Positions 51,727 through 64,000 are shown, counted from the first letter of the stretch. The stretch is DNA of 64,000 nucleotides from Octopus bimaculoides (GCF_001194135.2 NC_068982.1:16086156-16150155), one strand, 5' to 3'. Notes: generated by a model not told the origin, from the sequence alone. Translations and numbers: made by a program.

Positions 51727-52046
51727 GACATTCCGTCGGTTACGGTGACAAGGGTTCCAGATGATCTGGTCAACGGAGCAGAATGCACGTGAAATTAACG
51801 TGCTAGTGGCTGAGCACTCCAAAGACACGCGTACCCTTAACGTAGCTCTCAAGGAGATACAGTGTGACACAGAATGCATCGAGACCAGCTGTTTTCATTA
51901 CAGGTACTACTCATTCTTTGCCAGCTGAGTGGACTGGGTCAACGTGAAATTAAGTGTCTCATTCAAAGACACAATGCGCCGCCGGGACTCGAGCTCATTG
52001 CCTTATGATCGTGAACCGATTACTCGAAACACTGAGACACGCGCCT
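51727..52046 (-). mobile_element. SINE, family-B-related, diverged
   Basis: gaaattaacgtgctagtggctgagcactcc body; ends acacgcgcctc. Confidence 0.7.
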
Positions 52047-52344
52047 CGCACACATGACTATTTGTGATCAAGCCAAGCAGGAACATATAAAAATTTATTA
52101 AAATTCTCAGTACTTGCTCGAATGTCTAACATGACACTTAATACGATAACTGTGAGCTCTCAGCTAAATCTGTGTCCCAGATAATCAAATAGCCATAGTA
52201 ACTTGTATGGTAATCCCTTACATTCAACGCCACTTAAAGAAATCCGCTAATCTTTATCTTTTGTGACAGATTTATTCGTTTATTACTCCTGCAGAGTTCA
52301 TCGCTTCTCTTAGGGAAACAGCTTTCAATTTTATCATCTAGAAC

Positions 52345-52548
52345 AAGGTGGTGAGCTAGCAGAATCGTTATCATGCCGGACAAGATGGTTTGCACTATTT
52401 CGTCCGTCTTTACGGTCTGTGTTCAAATTCTACTGAGGTCAACTTTTCCTTTCATCCTTTCGGGGTCGATAAAATGAGTACTAGTTGTGTACTGCAATCT
52501 ATGTAATCGACTTACCCCATCCCCCGAAATTGCTGACCTTGTGCCAAA
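52345..52548 (+). mobile_element. SINE family C
   Basis: ggtggtgagctagcagaatcgtt...gttcaaattc...ccgaaattgctgaccttgtgccaaaa. Confidence 0.8.
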
Positions 52549-52592
52549 AATCTGAAACTGATATTCTCATCCACAACCATCAGATTTAAGCG

Positions 52593-52670
52593 GCCCTTCG
52601 ATTGCATAAGCATTTCAAGGGCCCTTCGACTGCATAAGCATTTCAGGAGCCCTTCGACTGCATAAGCATT
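52593..52670. repeat. 28-bp tandem repeat, about 2.8 copies
   Basis: gcccttcga(c/t)tgcataagcatttca.. units at 52593, 52621 and 52649, without spacers. Confidence 0.9.
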
Positions 52671-53537
52671 GAATTTAAGGGTTTGCTATTTTAATCGTCT
52701 AGTAATAAACATCTGAAGATTGGTAACGAATATTTACGATTTCTGTTTGTATTCCCGGGCTGCAATATTTTTTCATCGTCTTCTATTTCTTGCGGCTTGA
52801 CATCGTTATTTCCCGTTCCATAAAGACCTAGGAAATACCTTCATTTATTCCAAACTGAAACTTTTCTTTGCATGATAGGAGTGTCCCAAGTAGCTGCTCG
52901 TTCCCATAGTACTCTAGAGAAATGTACTGAGTGAGTATTATGTTTTTACATCTGGAAAATCATGATGTGAGCTCTTGAATGCAAAACTTTTAAAATACCA
53001 CATCGGCGTCTGTTCTTTCTGATGCATTACACTCCATGCAGTCTACGAATTTAACATTTCACGAACATTTTCCAGCCTTGCATCGAAAAACTGTTACAGG
53101 AATTGAACATGTCAGCCTGGCTTTTCTAGCCTAAAATGGTTCAACTGAGAAAATACACCAGTGATAAGGTGACCTTTTAGTTGAAGAAGTTAAACTAATG
53201 AAAACTAACATTAATTTTCTCAGTGTTTGAGAAGGTACTGTAGCTATTAATGCCTTAGTTCCGTCAGGGGATACTCAGTTAAGCTTGAGGTAATATATAA
53301 CAAGAGCGCTCCTACTGAAAGTATCAATATTTCTGAAAGTCTCCCTGATTTACCAATGCCGAGTTTTGATAAAGCGCCTACATAACGACCCGATCGACTG
53401 CTACAGACCAATGAACCACCTACAGATTTTGTATTGCTTCATTCTAACAGACTTATTGAATGATTTGGCTGCTCTTGTTTATTTCGTTGAAAATATCGCT
53501 GAAATATCGAGATATTGTTCTGATAATAGTTTAATAT

Positions 53538-53791
53538 GGTAGTCTTCAAGTTTAGGGGGATAAAAAAAATAAATAAAAATATTCAAGGGAAATAACTGAA
53601 CGACTTACCAGTATTATCCGTTTTCTTCTAGCTGTTTATAAATAAATCACACCCTAACCCTAACGTCAATCAAATCACGTGTGTGATTTATTTATAAACA
53701 GAGATGTACGGATAATACTGGTAAGTCGTTCAGTTACTTCCCTTGAATATTTTTATTTATTTTTTTTATCCCCCAAAACTTGAAGATTACC
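53538..53791. mobile_element. Foldback MITE with 9-bp TSD (Merlin/MULE-like)
   Basis: About 110-bp inverted arms starting ggta(g/a)tcttcaag; perfect TSD gtttaatat at 53529-53537 and 53792-53800; central ccctaaccctaac. Confidence 0.9.
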
Positions 53792-53861
53792 GTTTAATAT
53801 TTAATGTAGTGGTTGGTTATGTGAATATTTCATGTAAATAGCGCTGTATTATAATATTTAT

Positions 53862-54030
53862 TTCTTTATTGCGCAAGGGATGGGGGGGGGACATAGAGGG
53901 GACAAACAAAGACAGACAAAGGGATTAAGTCGATTACATCGACCCCAGTGCATAACTGGTACTTATTTAATCCACCCCGAAAGGATGAAAGGCAAAGTCG
54001 ACCTCTAACGATTCTGCCAGCTCGCAGCCC
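53862..54030 (-). mobile_element. SINE family C (long-tail variant), internally deleted
   Basis: ggggacaaacaaagacagacaaagggattaagtcgatt...gacctc|taacgattctgccagc. Confidence 0.75.
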
Positions 54031-54179
54031 TTGTTTCTGCTCTTTACTGCTGTTGCAATTGTAGGAAAGTGGTTATACACTATTAGGTGTATACCCGCTT
54101 CCGTACATTAAATTCTGAAGAAAAAACGAAACGCAGATTCCGATCCATCAACACAACAATATTTATTTACAGAGTTAAC

Positions 54180-54375
54180 AGGCAGCACTTCGACCCCTGG
54201 CTGCCGAGACGCCGTCAGTAATGTTGGTTGGTTATTTGTGAAGCTCTGGTGCTGACATGTGAGAAACCTCTGTTGGACGTCTGACCTCTTCGTCGGCCGG
54301 CGAGAAAAGAGAATGAATAAGGGCGCCAAACGTGGATGTCCAATCACCACGCATGCGCACGAGACAAGGCGTTAC
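54180..54375. promoter_or_regulatory. Candidate promoter: CpG-rich patch with CCAAT box and NRF1-like site
   Basis: CCAATCA at 54340-54346 and cgcatgcgca at 54350-54359, in non-repeat-looking, locally GC/CpG-rich DNA. Confidence 0.35.
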
Positions 54376-56706
54376 TACACAATAAATATGTTTGAAAACT
54401 ACAATCTTTGTAATCTGTTAGTAGGAGGTGTCAATAGTAATGTTAGTAAATATAAATTGACTTTATCTTGGGTTATTCATACTTTAATATATAAATACAA
54501 GATTAAACAAATCTATTTCATAAATTTAGTACAGTACTTACGCTGTCAAAATAACATGAAAAGCAATTACTTCCGAGCAAAGATTACGTTACATTATCTA
54601 CAAAGAAAAACGTACAACGAGACAATCCATTTGTTTGCACGTTCCCTAATTCAAACTTAACAATCGTATGTTATTCTACCAAATCAAATAAATTACTTCT
54701 TTTCTGGTTTCGAAATATTGTTGATAGAGAATTATTGTGCGCAATCTTCTGGAAACTAAACTGAAGAACTCAATCAAGCTGGTTGTTCGCTTCCTAACTT
54801 GGAATTAGGTGAATGTGCAATAAGTTACATCAAAATCAAACAAACCGCAAGCAATTAGCATACAGCTACGTTAGCTAAGATGACTCGAGATTGTGTTTCA
54901 TCTGTTTTTACAATCTGCGCTAACGAGATTCGGTTAGTCAAACATATCTTTCTTTCGCACTTCGTTCAATCAGACTTTCCTACCAAATAGACATCAATTA
55001 TGGTTGAATTCATTTGAACATTAAGTTAAAAGGTCGAAAATATATCGCTTTCTCCCAATATCAAACGGTGTTTTAATTTTCCTGGAAAGCTTTCATTAAA
55101 ATCGACTGATACATTCAAAGGTTAACCGACTGTTTTCGTATTTCGTGAGTGAAAAGATATTAAATAAAACACTTTGTTTACAGCAATTTTCTTGTTTGTT
55201 ACTACCTTTCAGCTCCATTTCAGTTTGTGGTTCACAAGCATAACAAATAACTTTACATTGTAAATACAAATCATTAGTATACTAGTTTAGTACTTGACAA
55301 TAAGCATAAACTTCAAGTTATGTTCAGTAGATTTTACAGCCAGAAATTGCTAGTATGGCATAGCTTGCCATTCTTTCTAAAAACCAAAGCAAAAGACCTT
55401 TATTCCTATATAAAAGAAACCAATGTTTTATTTTACGCCAAGATGATAAATATTCATTGATTATCAGCATCATTTACTCTGGAAAAAAAAAGAGGTTTGA
55501 TATTCTTGCTTTTCAGCTGTCAGCCTTGGAAGTGAAGTGAACCAACAACAACCAGAAATCAAAACTGCAATGTTTGTTCGACTCACCAGGAGACTAATTT
55601 TTACTTTACAGTGAGTGACATCATAGTGCTGCAACGTTAAATCAGCCTTAGTAAGACTGAAATCCACAATTATTATTTTCTCACAGCTCATCAATTATGT
55701 TGTCTGCGTATTTATAAATACGTAAATAACATTTGTTATCTTGATTTATACCTGGGAAATAACAAATGATGTGAAAATATCCTACCGTTCTCTTAAGTAC
55801 ACAGAAAATAACTGAGAATTCTCTTGTAGATCAGTTGATAACTTCTACAATGTTTGCTAACTCGCTGAACGCACCAATCAAATCACACTCCCCCAAAAAC
55901 TCTTTACTACCAGTAGAATGAGTAACACATGTTCTATGGGGTGAAATGTCCACAATGAAGACTAGAAATACGCACCAAATGCTTTGTCTGATCAGCAACC
56001 TAAGTCCCCTCCCCGCAAAATAAATCTATCCAACACTTAGTCAACGGTAACTAATTAGTCATTTGGCTCTCGGATATACGTAAACAATATGAAGGCCTGC
56101 ATGCTGATTGGATTTGTCACTCGTCAATTATTTTCCTACTCAGCTATAGAAGATACACTGCTAGAAATTTGCTGCAAGACCTAAGGAAATTCTGAAAACA
56201 GATCATTATATAATGAGAAGTCGGGAAAGAATTTGCGTTATGAGATGTAAGTGAATCATCTTCCAAACAAACTCACTTATAGAAAGCAAGAAAAATTTCT
56301 TCGACTGTGAGTATAAGTTTGTTTTAATTTTTTTTCCTGTCCATTAGAGTTATTTTTGTATTAGTAATAGGATTAGAATTTTTTAATAATGAGAATAACT
56401 ACGTTTTCTTTTTTTAACAGAAAATTTACTCTAGCATCATAAATCTAACCTCATTTGATATCTTTCAAGAGTTAAACTCAAATGTTGATAATAGCAAGAT
56501 ATTTAATGAGAGCAAATAAAAATTAATGGGATGATCATAGTGATATAACGATCAAAATTTGATTTGTAAAGTCAAAGTTGTTAAATTGATTTAGTATCTC
56601 ACCACCCACTAACTCAGTCGTATGAATACTAAAACAATCCGACTTGGCTTCAATTACTGAATTGAGATATGATTTCAAGTCTATAGAGCTGTCTAAGCGT
56701 GTAGAT

Positions 56707-57032
56707 CAGGGGCTCTAAACCATTTATTATCTATGGACCACTTTAATTATTATTTTATTCTGGTGCCACCTGCCAAGCCATTTGATGTATAAAAACTAGT
56801 TTTATAGACCTTTCTCTCAGAATTCTATATTTTTTCCTTACGCATTCACTGGTATAGATTGAACTATGTAAAATGTTACAGAAAGAAACCTATCTATTTC
56901 TTGTAATACATACCAATGCACACATTTAAATCAAAGATTTTTCAGGGCCCTTAAAATACTGTCGTGGATTCCCAATTTATTATTTTGCGAACAGCCCTCA
57001 GATGCCATACAGACCGTGGTTGGGAACCACTG
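56707..57032. mobile_element. hAT/Charlie-like MITE
   Basis: caggggctctaaacc / ggttgggaaccactg ends; flanks gtgtagat / atgtaggt match 6/8. Confidence 0.65.
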
Positions 57033-57473
57033 ATGTAGGTGATCAAATCACTACAATTCCGAACAACCGATAGATCGATTGGTGATGGTTCGCATCATGT
57101 CACCGTCGTCCTCGGCCTCTGTCCGTCTCAAGAGACAAAAGAAACGTCTCTTTTTTTAATCCTGCCTCTTCTAGTTTCCCCCTCACTCCACTTCCTTTCT
57201 TCCTCACTTCAGATTACTGTGTTAGTTTCATTCAGAGTTCTAATACTTATTGCAATTACCACAGATAAAGACCGAGTAGTCGAGTAGAGATGATGCCATC
57301 TGCCTTTGAGATTTTAGTACCAAAGCTGACTGCAATGGTTTTCAGCTTTTTGTTTTATCCTTGCCTTCACAATACGTCTCCAAAATAAACGGTTTGGTGT
57401 TATGTCTTCCTCTGACTGTATTTCAATATGAGCTTAACAGAATCCTTTTTGCACGCACCTCTACGTCTCAGGT

Positions 57474-57750
57474 CAGTAGCGTAACTAGCGGTGGTACTGG
57501 TCAAGGGTTGGTTCCAGAGGACGGTGCCAGGGGACAGTATCAGGGGTCGGTGCCAGGGGTCGGTATCAGGGGTCGGTGCCAGGGAACGGTACCAAGGGGT
57601 GGTGCCAGGATGTGGTCCGTCCCAACTAACCCTTCTATGCAGACAGCGCGTTTAAGTCTGCTATATAAGCCCCTATGGAGATGGGGGTCCGGTGTGGGTC
57701 ACCAAACTTAAGAGCTTTCCCGGACAGCACACGCTATAGCCACGCCCCAT
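57474..57750. mobile_element. GC-rich hAT-like MITE containing a 13-bp minisatellite
   Basis: Left end cagtagcgtaactag, similar to the 2908 element; about eight units of cggt(gc/at)caggggt at 57509-57609; right end degenerate. Confidence 0.5.
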
Positions 57751-58194
57751 TTCAGTATCTTTTCAAGATATCTCTATAATGAAGTTAAATAGATTCATTA
57801 GATGTTCGGTATACTACAAATATAATTCTTGTAAAAATATGATCCCATCCAACTTTAGTTACAAGTGTGTGTGTGGTGTGTGTGTGTGCATGTGTCTGGG
57901 GCTCCGTGTATATGTGTGCGTGCTTGTATATAGAATGTGCACTTGTCGTTCTCTTTCATACATTCTTTTTCTCGTCTCCTCTTTCTTTTTTTCATTTTGC
58001 CTCTATTAGATACGCCCCCAGACCTGTAATCAGTTTCTTTATGTGTGTGTGTGTGTGTGTGTGTGCGTGCGTGTCTCTCTGTGTATGTATGAATGTTTTT
58101 CTGCGTGCGTCTCAATGTGTAAGTATGTAGATGTCTGTGTGTCCGAATGTGTGTGACACACACGTTTTATGTAAGCACATAATATGCTTAGCGA

Positions 58195-58500
58195 AGGCGC
58201 GTGGCTTAGTGGTTAGGGTATTCTGCTCGTGATCGTAAGGTTATGAGTTCGAAAACCGGTAGTGCGTTGTGTCCTTGAGCAAGACACTTTATTTCACATT
58301 GTTCCAGTCCAATCAGCTGGCAAAAGCGAGCAATACCTGTAATTCAAAGAGCCAGCTTTGTCACATTCTGCATCACACTGAATCTCCCTAAGAACTTCAT
58401 TGAGGGTACATGTGTGTCTGTGGAGTGCTCAGCCACTTGCACGTTATCTTAATTTCCCGAGCAGACTGTTCCGTTGATCGGAGCAACTAGAACCCTCGTG
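58195..58500 (+). mobile_element. SINE, family-B-related
   Basis: gaaggcgcgtggcttagtggttagg...gagttcgaaaacc head; family B-like body. Confidence 0.8.
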
Positions 58501-59414
58501 CCAGAATGCCTAAGAATCTGCGAAGGTACATCTACATCTTATCAATTCAAGAAAGAAATAGTAGCTGAGTTGCCCTCAAACCTCAACCTTCTCTTTTAAC
58601 GACATGAACACACAGCGTAACCATATAGTCTCAAATTAAACCTTAATCCCTTATCTTCAATTAAATAAGTGATCTTCCTTGGACATTTACAAGATGGTAG
58701 ATAGCCATGTTAGAATTAGCAACCAAATTTCTCTCGGAGGAGGAAGAAAAATATTCTGATTTAGGCAGGGCTTTTCATCGAGCTCATTTCTGTTACTATT
58801 TTGTGATTCTGTTTATATTGTATTTCTAATAAAAGTTTTGTTATAAAACGCACGGTAGTGTTACTCTAACCGTATGAACTTTTAACCAAGCAATTTCAAG
58901 ACAGAAAACTTGTGGGTTCCAACCCGAAACATACTCTTCACTGTGGCTGCAACGATACATTCGCACAGAAAAATTTATTGTATTTATAAGGCAATTAAAA
59001 TAACACAAAAATATGGTTACGCAACATATAGCCAAGCGTATTTCAATGGAATGTCGCTACAAACATGAGTAGTTTTATAAAATGTTGTTGCTATTAAAAC
59101 TTTTAAGCATCTTTTTCTGATATTTCTTATAATGAAACAAAATAGGTTCTTCTTTAGATGCTCGATATATTGCACATATTTCACTACTGTCGAAAACATA
59201 TGACCACATTCAACTGGTTACAAATATGCGTATGCATTTAAACGCGTGTGTGTGTGTGTGTGTGTGTGTGTGGTGAGTATCTCTCGGTCTCCTTCTCTCT
59301 CTCATCCTTTCTCACTTTGTCTTTCTCGATTTGTCTCTATCACTCACATCCCAGGCGCACATTGTTTCTTTATATTTGTGAGAATGAGTGTGTTTATGTA
59401 AGTATGGGTGTAAG

Positions 59415-59464
<50 letters not shown>

Positions 59465-59812
59465 TGTGTGTGTGTGTGTGTGAGTATTTGTGTGCATGTC
59501 AGTGTGTGCGTGTGTGTATGTGTGTATGTAACAGTTATATACACACAAATGTGTCTACATACAATAGCTAAGGACCTGTGAGGAAACATCTACATTTTAC
59601 CAAGACATGATTGGAATAGTAGCTCAATCTCCTTCAGATCTCAACCTAGTTGCGTGGCTGAACGAGAAGAAGAGAGTGGGTGATTCTACCGCAAGTAGTG
59701 CTGTCGCAAAGTCGAACTTTGGGTTATATTAGCTTTTACGATCGGGGAGTGGGGTCGGAAAATTCAAGCGCTACCTCGGGCGTTACGCACACTAGTTACA
59801 TCACTGTCTCAG

Positions 59813-59869
<57 letters not shown>

Positions 59870-60529
59870 CAAATTTGAGCTAGCCTTGGAATTGTGATTT
59901 CCGTCCATACGGTGCACATAAACAGGCCATTGTAGGCAACACTCACTTAGCACAGCTGATACGGTCTTGGTTTCTGTCTTACCAAGGACCTCAAAGTTGA
60001 TGAGCAGTCACCAACGATGTATTATATCCCATATTAGGACGCTTAACTCTCAAATAATCCAGTCTACATTGCTGTGAATATATACGGTACAAAAAAACGT
60101 GTCATGCAGTAAGATATCGGATATCAATAATATAAATTACACGAGTATTTTTGCTTTTTAATTTTACCTCAACTCCTCATATTGGAATAGCTTAGAAAGA
60201 ATTGGACTCTGCCAAGCTAGCTAGCCCCAGCAAAATCTTTTGTGGTATTTCTTCGACATATTAACAAGTTTGCCCATTAGGAAATACATTTTGTATATAG
60301 TGGTGATTGATAAATGATCAAACGTAGAAATTGTGGACAGTTTATTTAATACTGTAAGTCAGCCAAGGACGATTAGATTTCAGAAACACCAACTTTTGTG
60401 ACAGCCTATATATTAAATGGCCGCTATTTTTATATAGCTGAAATACAGCTCAGTTCATCCAGTGATTTTGAGCCTATTGGGCAGCAATACGACTGTTAAA
60501 AGTAGCAAAATGAGTTTGTGGTTAGTTAA

Positions 60530-60665
60530 ACAGCGGGCGGCCACAAACTGAACTTTGGTGCTTGTTATATTGAATATTGTGGAGGCTTCAAGAATGATGC
60601 ATTACGTGACGTCTGGCTGCTGATTGGTCCATGATGTCTGGCAGCTGATTGGCTCATAACTCGGC
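60530..60665. promoter_or_regulatory. Candidate promoter: CRE-like site and paired CCAAT boxes
   Basis: gcgggcggcc near 60533; tacgtgacgt at 60603-60612; gctgattgg at 60619-60627 and 60644-60652. Confidence 0.3.
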
Positions 60666-61389
60666 CGATCACACGAAAAGACTGTTACTAAACCTTGATT
60701 TTAACATGGCAATTTGTCGATTCAGTTTCGAATCTTGCTACAATGGTTTTGTGCTATCAGCTAATATTGTTTGCTCTTAAATTCAAATCCTAAGCGCATA
60801 TTCCATTGTGAATTTTTTCCATAAGCTTAATTCTACATGCTTAGGTTTATCTTGAGTTAAATTAAGGACCACAGCAATCGCTGCTCTATTACAAGTTTTC
60901 ATAAACAGAAACATTTGAATCCGGCACTGAATTCCAGTAAACTACTTCTCAACACCACACTGTTGATTTTGCTCATAGTGATGGATTAGATCCCTTCACT
61001 ACTGATGCATGACAACTAACACTCCTTTTTTCTTTTTTCTGATTCTGGATCGCATCCCAGAACACATTTCCAAGGAGTAGTGTACACTTTTCATAACAAA
61101 TTTTCCTTAACTCATTACCTCCCATAATTCTATTAATTGGAATTTGTTTTATGAAACTTTGATTTCTAGCATAAAACAGCCTTAGAAACACACTGGAATG
61201 ATCAAAATAACATTTCAAAATAACATTTTAAATGGAAATAAGCGAGATATTGGGGGAAAAATTAGCAAACCTCATTTGAATATCAGAGAAATATACCTAG
61301 TAGATATAGCAAAAAGGTTAGATATGTGTAAATATTGACAGGTAATTACGAAATTTGTAATTTTTAAGTGATCTCATATGAGATCACTG

Positions 61390-62250
61390 GTAGGTAATGG
61401 GTTAATCTTTTCTGTCGTCTGAAATTGGCTATATTTGAGAGCAGATTTCATCTTTGGGAACAGAAAAATTATAATGTCCGTTGAGACCAAATCTAGAATG
61501 CAAGGCAGCGGTAGATGACTGTTATTTCGTACACAGCTAAAATGTCATAAACAAGGAGTGATGTGGGAACAGTTGAAAGATCGTAGCATCCTGGTTTTGT
61601 TTGACCATATTTCAAGCCTCTCTCAGATGACTCAATAAAGCTGCGTAAAAACGTTTTGTTGAGACGTCTTTACCCTGTGGAACCAACTCGTGGCGAATAA
61701 TACTTTTCAAACAAAAATTACAGTCAAATATCGACTGCTTTCACACTTTCCAGAAAATTTTCATCAGCATTTGAATAATTAAAAGGCTTTTGACTGACGT
61801 GATACTTTATTTTATTGACAAATTTTTCAGCGAGACGATGCATTTTCATTTTTCATTTTTAAACTCCTATGACACAAACTTTTACAAACGTTGGATTTTG
61901 GTCGTCAGGTAGCAATGTTTTACGGATTACAGTACACACTTGATGACAGGCCGTCATCTGTCATTGTAGAAGATCGTCCAGATTTGGAAAAGTTTCCAGG
62001 AGATATTTTGCTCCATTTGGAACGCTTGCTATTCATGGCATTGTGCACCGCCCAAACAATCCTTTATATAAGCCTGCTGCAATGTATAGTAAACTTTCGA
62101 ACAATTTCATAACTTATAACAGACTTTCACGCAAATATTTTGCTCTTCAAAATCCCTCGTTGTTCATCTTGCAATAAACCATCAAGTGCACAAACATTCA
62201 TTCTGTAGCAAATAGATAAACGATATATTGACATTACATGGTGTAATTAT
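61390..62250 (-). mobile_element. Decayed mariner transposase
   Basis: Minus strand LPLPCILDLVSTDIIIFLFPKMKSALKYSQFQT aligns with mariner LPHPPYSPDLAPSDF.LFPKMK; upstream LLPDDQNPTFVKVC; many stops; boundaries uncertain. Confidence 0.7.
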
Positions 62251-62747
62251 TTCAACGAATTACGAGATGGCCTTCATATAACACAGCAGTCTCGAACAGG
62301 CTGCACCAGTTAGCTGGCGAGCTATTTCAAAATTTTAATTTCTATTCCGGTAGATTTACTTACATTTCGTTTATTACCTACAGAATTTTTCTACAACGAT
62401 GGAACTCTCAGCAGAGTCCTGTTAATGGAATATGAATAATTCACAATTCCTCTAGGAGTTTAACATTGTACTAACTTTATCTACATTTCCCAAAAACCGA
62501 TGTTTTGGAATAGTTGAGAGAAAAAAATAAGACGAGGTCAAGGTGTAGCTTTCTTATCAAACTTCAGGAAGTGTTCATTCAAAAGACAAGACACACCAAC
62601 TCTATATGTTTTAGTTATTGAACCTTATTTGGAAAATACGTTGATGGCTTTCAAGTGATTATCAAACATAGCTTCGCAAATTTCAAGTCTAAATCCACCT
62701 CCAAATGTATGTATGTATATATGTATGTATGTATATATGTAAGTATG

Positions 62748-63333
62748 GGATCTTTTTTAAAACGGGGGCCACATTTTTCATTAATGTTTTACGTAGTGTT
62801 TTTGGTACCGAAAGACTTTCAAACTTCGTATAATTATCTATTTTCTGTTATAGAACAGAAAGATATTTTTGTATTCGAATTTATTTCATGTAAAAAATTG
62901 TCTTATTTCGATAATTTCAACCAATCACTGACAAGTATTCAGTTGTTTACATTTACTCCTTTGGCTGATTAAGCCATAGCTTCGTTTTATTTGCTTTTTT
63001 CATTTTCTTTTTTTTTTCTTCGTTTTATTTGCTTTTTTCTTTTTAAATTTGATGTTTTACCCTAACCCTAACCCTAACCCTATCACCGATAGAATTGTTT
63101 CAGAATCGTTTGTTTATGTAGTCGGCACTTAATGTATATCGGCTGAATGGACGTCAGTGATTGGTTGAAATTACAGAAATACGACAACTTTAACATGGAA
63201 TAACTTAGGGATTTCTTTTTTTTTTAAAGAAGACTAAGAGAAAAAGATGTTTTATATGACACATTCTACCAGTGTTCCAAGTTTCAAAGTGTTTCGTTAA
63301 TGAAAAATGTGGCCCCCGTTTTAAAAAAGATCC
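62748..63333. mobile_element. MITE with perfect 37-bp TIRs and 8-bp TSD (Merlin-like)
   Basis: TIR ggatcttttttaaaacgggggccacatttttcattaa at both ends; TSD taagtatg at 62740-62747 and 63334-63341; internal (ccctaa)n near 63060-63081. Confidence 0.93.
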
Positions 63334-63599
63334 TAAGTATGTATGTCTGTATGTATGTCATTATTCAGTTTTATTTCGATATTTTTGCCAATAGAGAAAG
63401 AGCCGGTTTCTAACCTAGATCCAAGGTTCCTTCATTGAAATGTCAACATCAACAACAGGGTATTTTTGTAAGTATATATGTATACGTGCAAATTTGTATG
63501 TTTTGTTTTATGTATGTATTCTAATGCATATACTTGCATATCTAGGCATGCTGATATCTGCTTAAATAATAAACTTCTGGAAAGTGTAACAGATTTTTA

Positions 63600-63790
63600 C
63601 AGTTAAAGAGTGTATATGTATGTATGCACGTGTGTATGTATGTATGTACGTATCTGTATATGTATGTATGCACGTGTGTATGTATGTATGTACGTATCTA
63701 TATATGTATGTATTATGAACGTACGTATGTACGTACGTATGTACGTACGTATGTACGTACGTACCATCGTACGTGAGTGTGAATGTATTT
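63600..63790. repeat. (GTAT)n/(GTAC)n compound microsatellite
   Basis: Visible in the sequence. Confidence 0.9.
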
Positions 63791-63943
63791 ATATCTGTAT
63801 GTACTGATTACATACACTGAATACAACCTAAAGTTGATAGTTATGCTTCTCCGTACGGCCCCTTTAAGAGCAAAGTGTATGCGTTGCCCAAGCATGGCCA
63901 TAATCTTTTGGCTGAAACGAATAAAAGAATATATATGTGTGTG

Positions 63944-63991
<48 letters not shown>

Positions 63992-64000
63992 CATATATGC

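Noticed and set aside
52593-52670. CRISPR-like 28-bp repeats
   Set aside because: No spacers between units, under three full copies, eukaryotic context and no cas genes.
57779-59589. Cys/Val- or His/Thr-rich ORFs (also 16.4-17.0 kb and 45.8-47.8 kb)
   Set aside because: Products of (TG)n/(CA)n/(GA)n microsatellites.
63059-63081. Telomere or interstitial telomeric fusion site
   Set aside because: Only about 3.5 CCCTAA units, located inside a MITE bounded by TIRs and a TSD.

Overview
AT-rich eukaryotic genomic DNA with abundant microsatellites and seven N gaps (about 2265-2298, 13725-13853, 29159-29258, 32433-32736, 33947-34125, 43160-43818, 48388-48810). The repeat content (three or more families of tRNA-headed SINEs) resembles what I know of Octopus genomes; this is an inference and no search was run. 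I found no intact host protein-coding gene, rRNA, true tRNA or CRISPR array. The window is intergenic/intronic DNA dominated by transposable-element remains: many SINEs, Penelope-like (GIY-YIG) fragments, R4/Dong-like RLE non-LTR fragments, a LINE ORF1 with a CCHC knuckle, two Helitron helicase fragments, decayed Tc1 and mariner transposases, and several MITEs with TIRs and TSDs. The most notable signal is a set of minimal hammerhead-ribozyme motifs: one apparently complete core in the tail of a tRNA-headed SINE-like element (4090-4135), a pair in opposite arms of a 370-bp palindromic element (29653-30020), and a remnant at 44.95 kb. Also notable are two nearly complementary halves of an R4-like retrotransposon 24 kb apart in opposite orientation, recurrent SINE-into-SINE dimers, and two promoter-like motif clusters (54.3 kb, 60.6 kb). 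Element boundaries were read by eye and are approximate unless a TSD is quoted.
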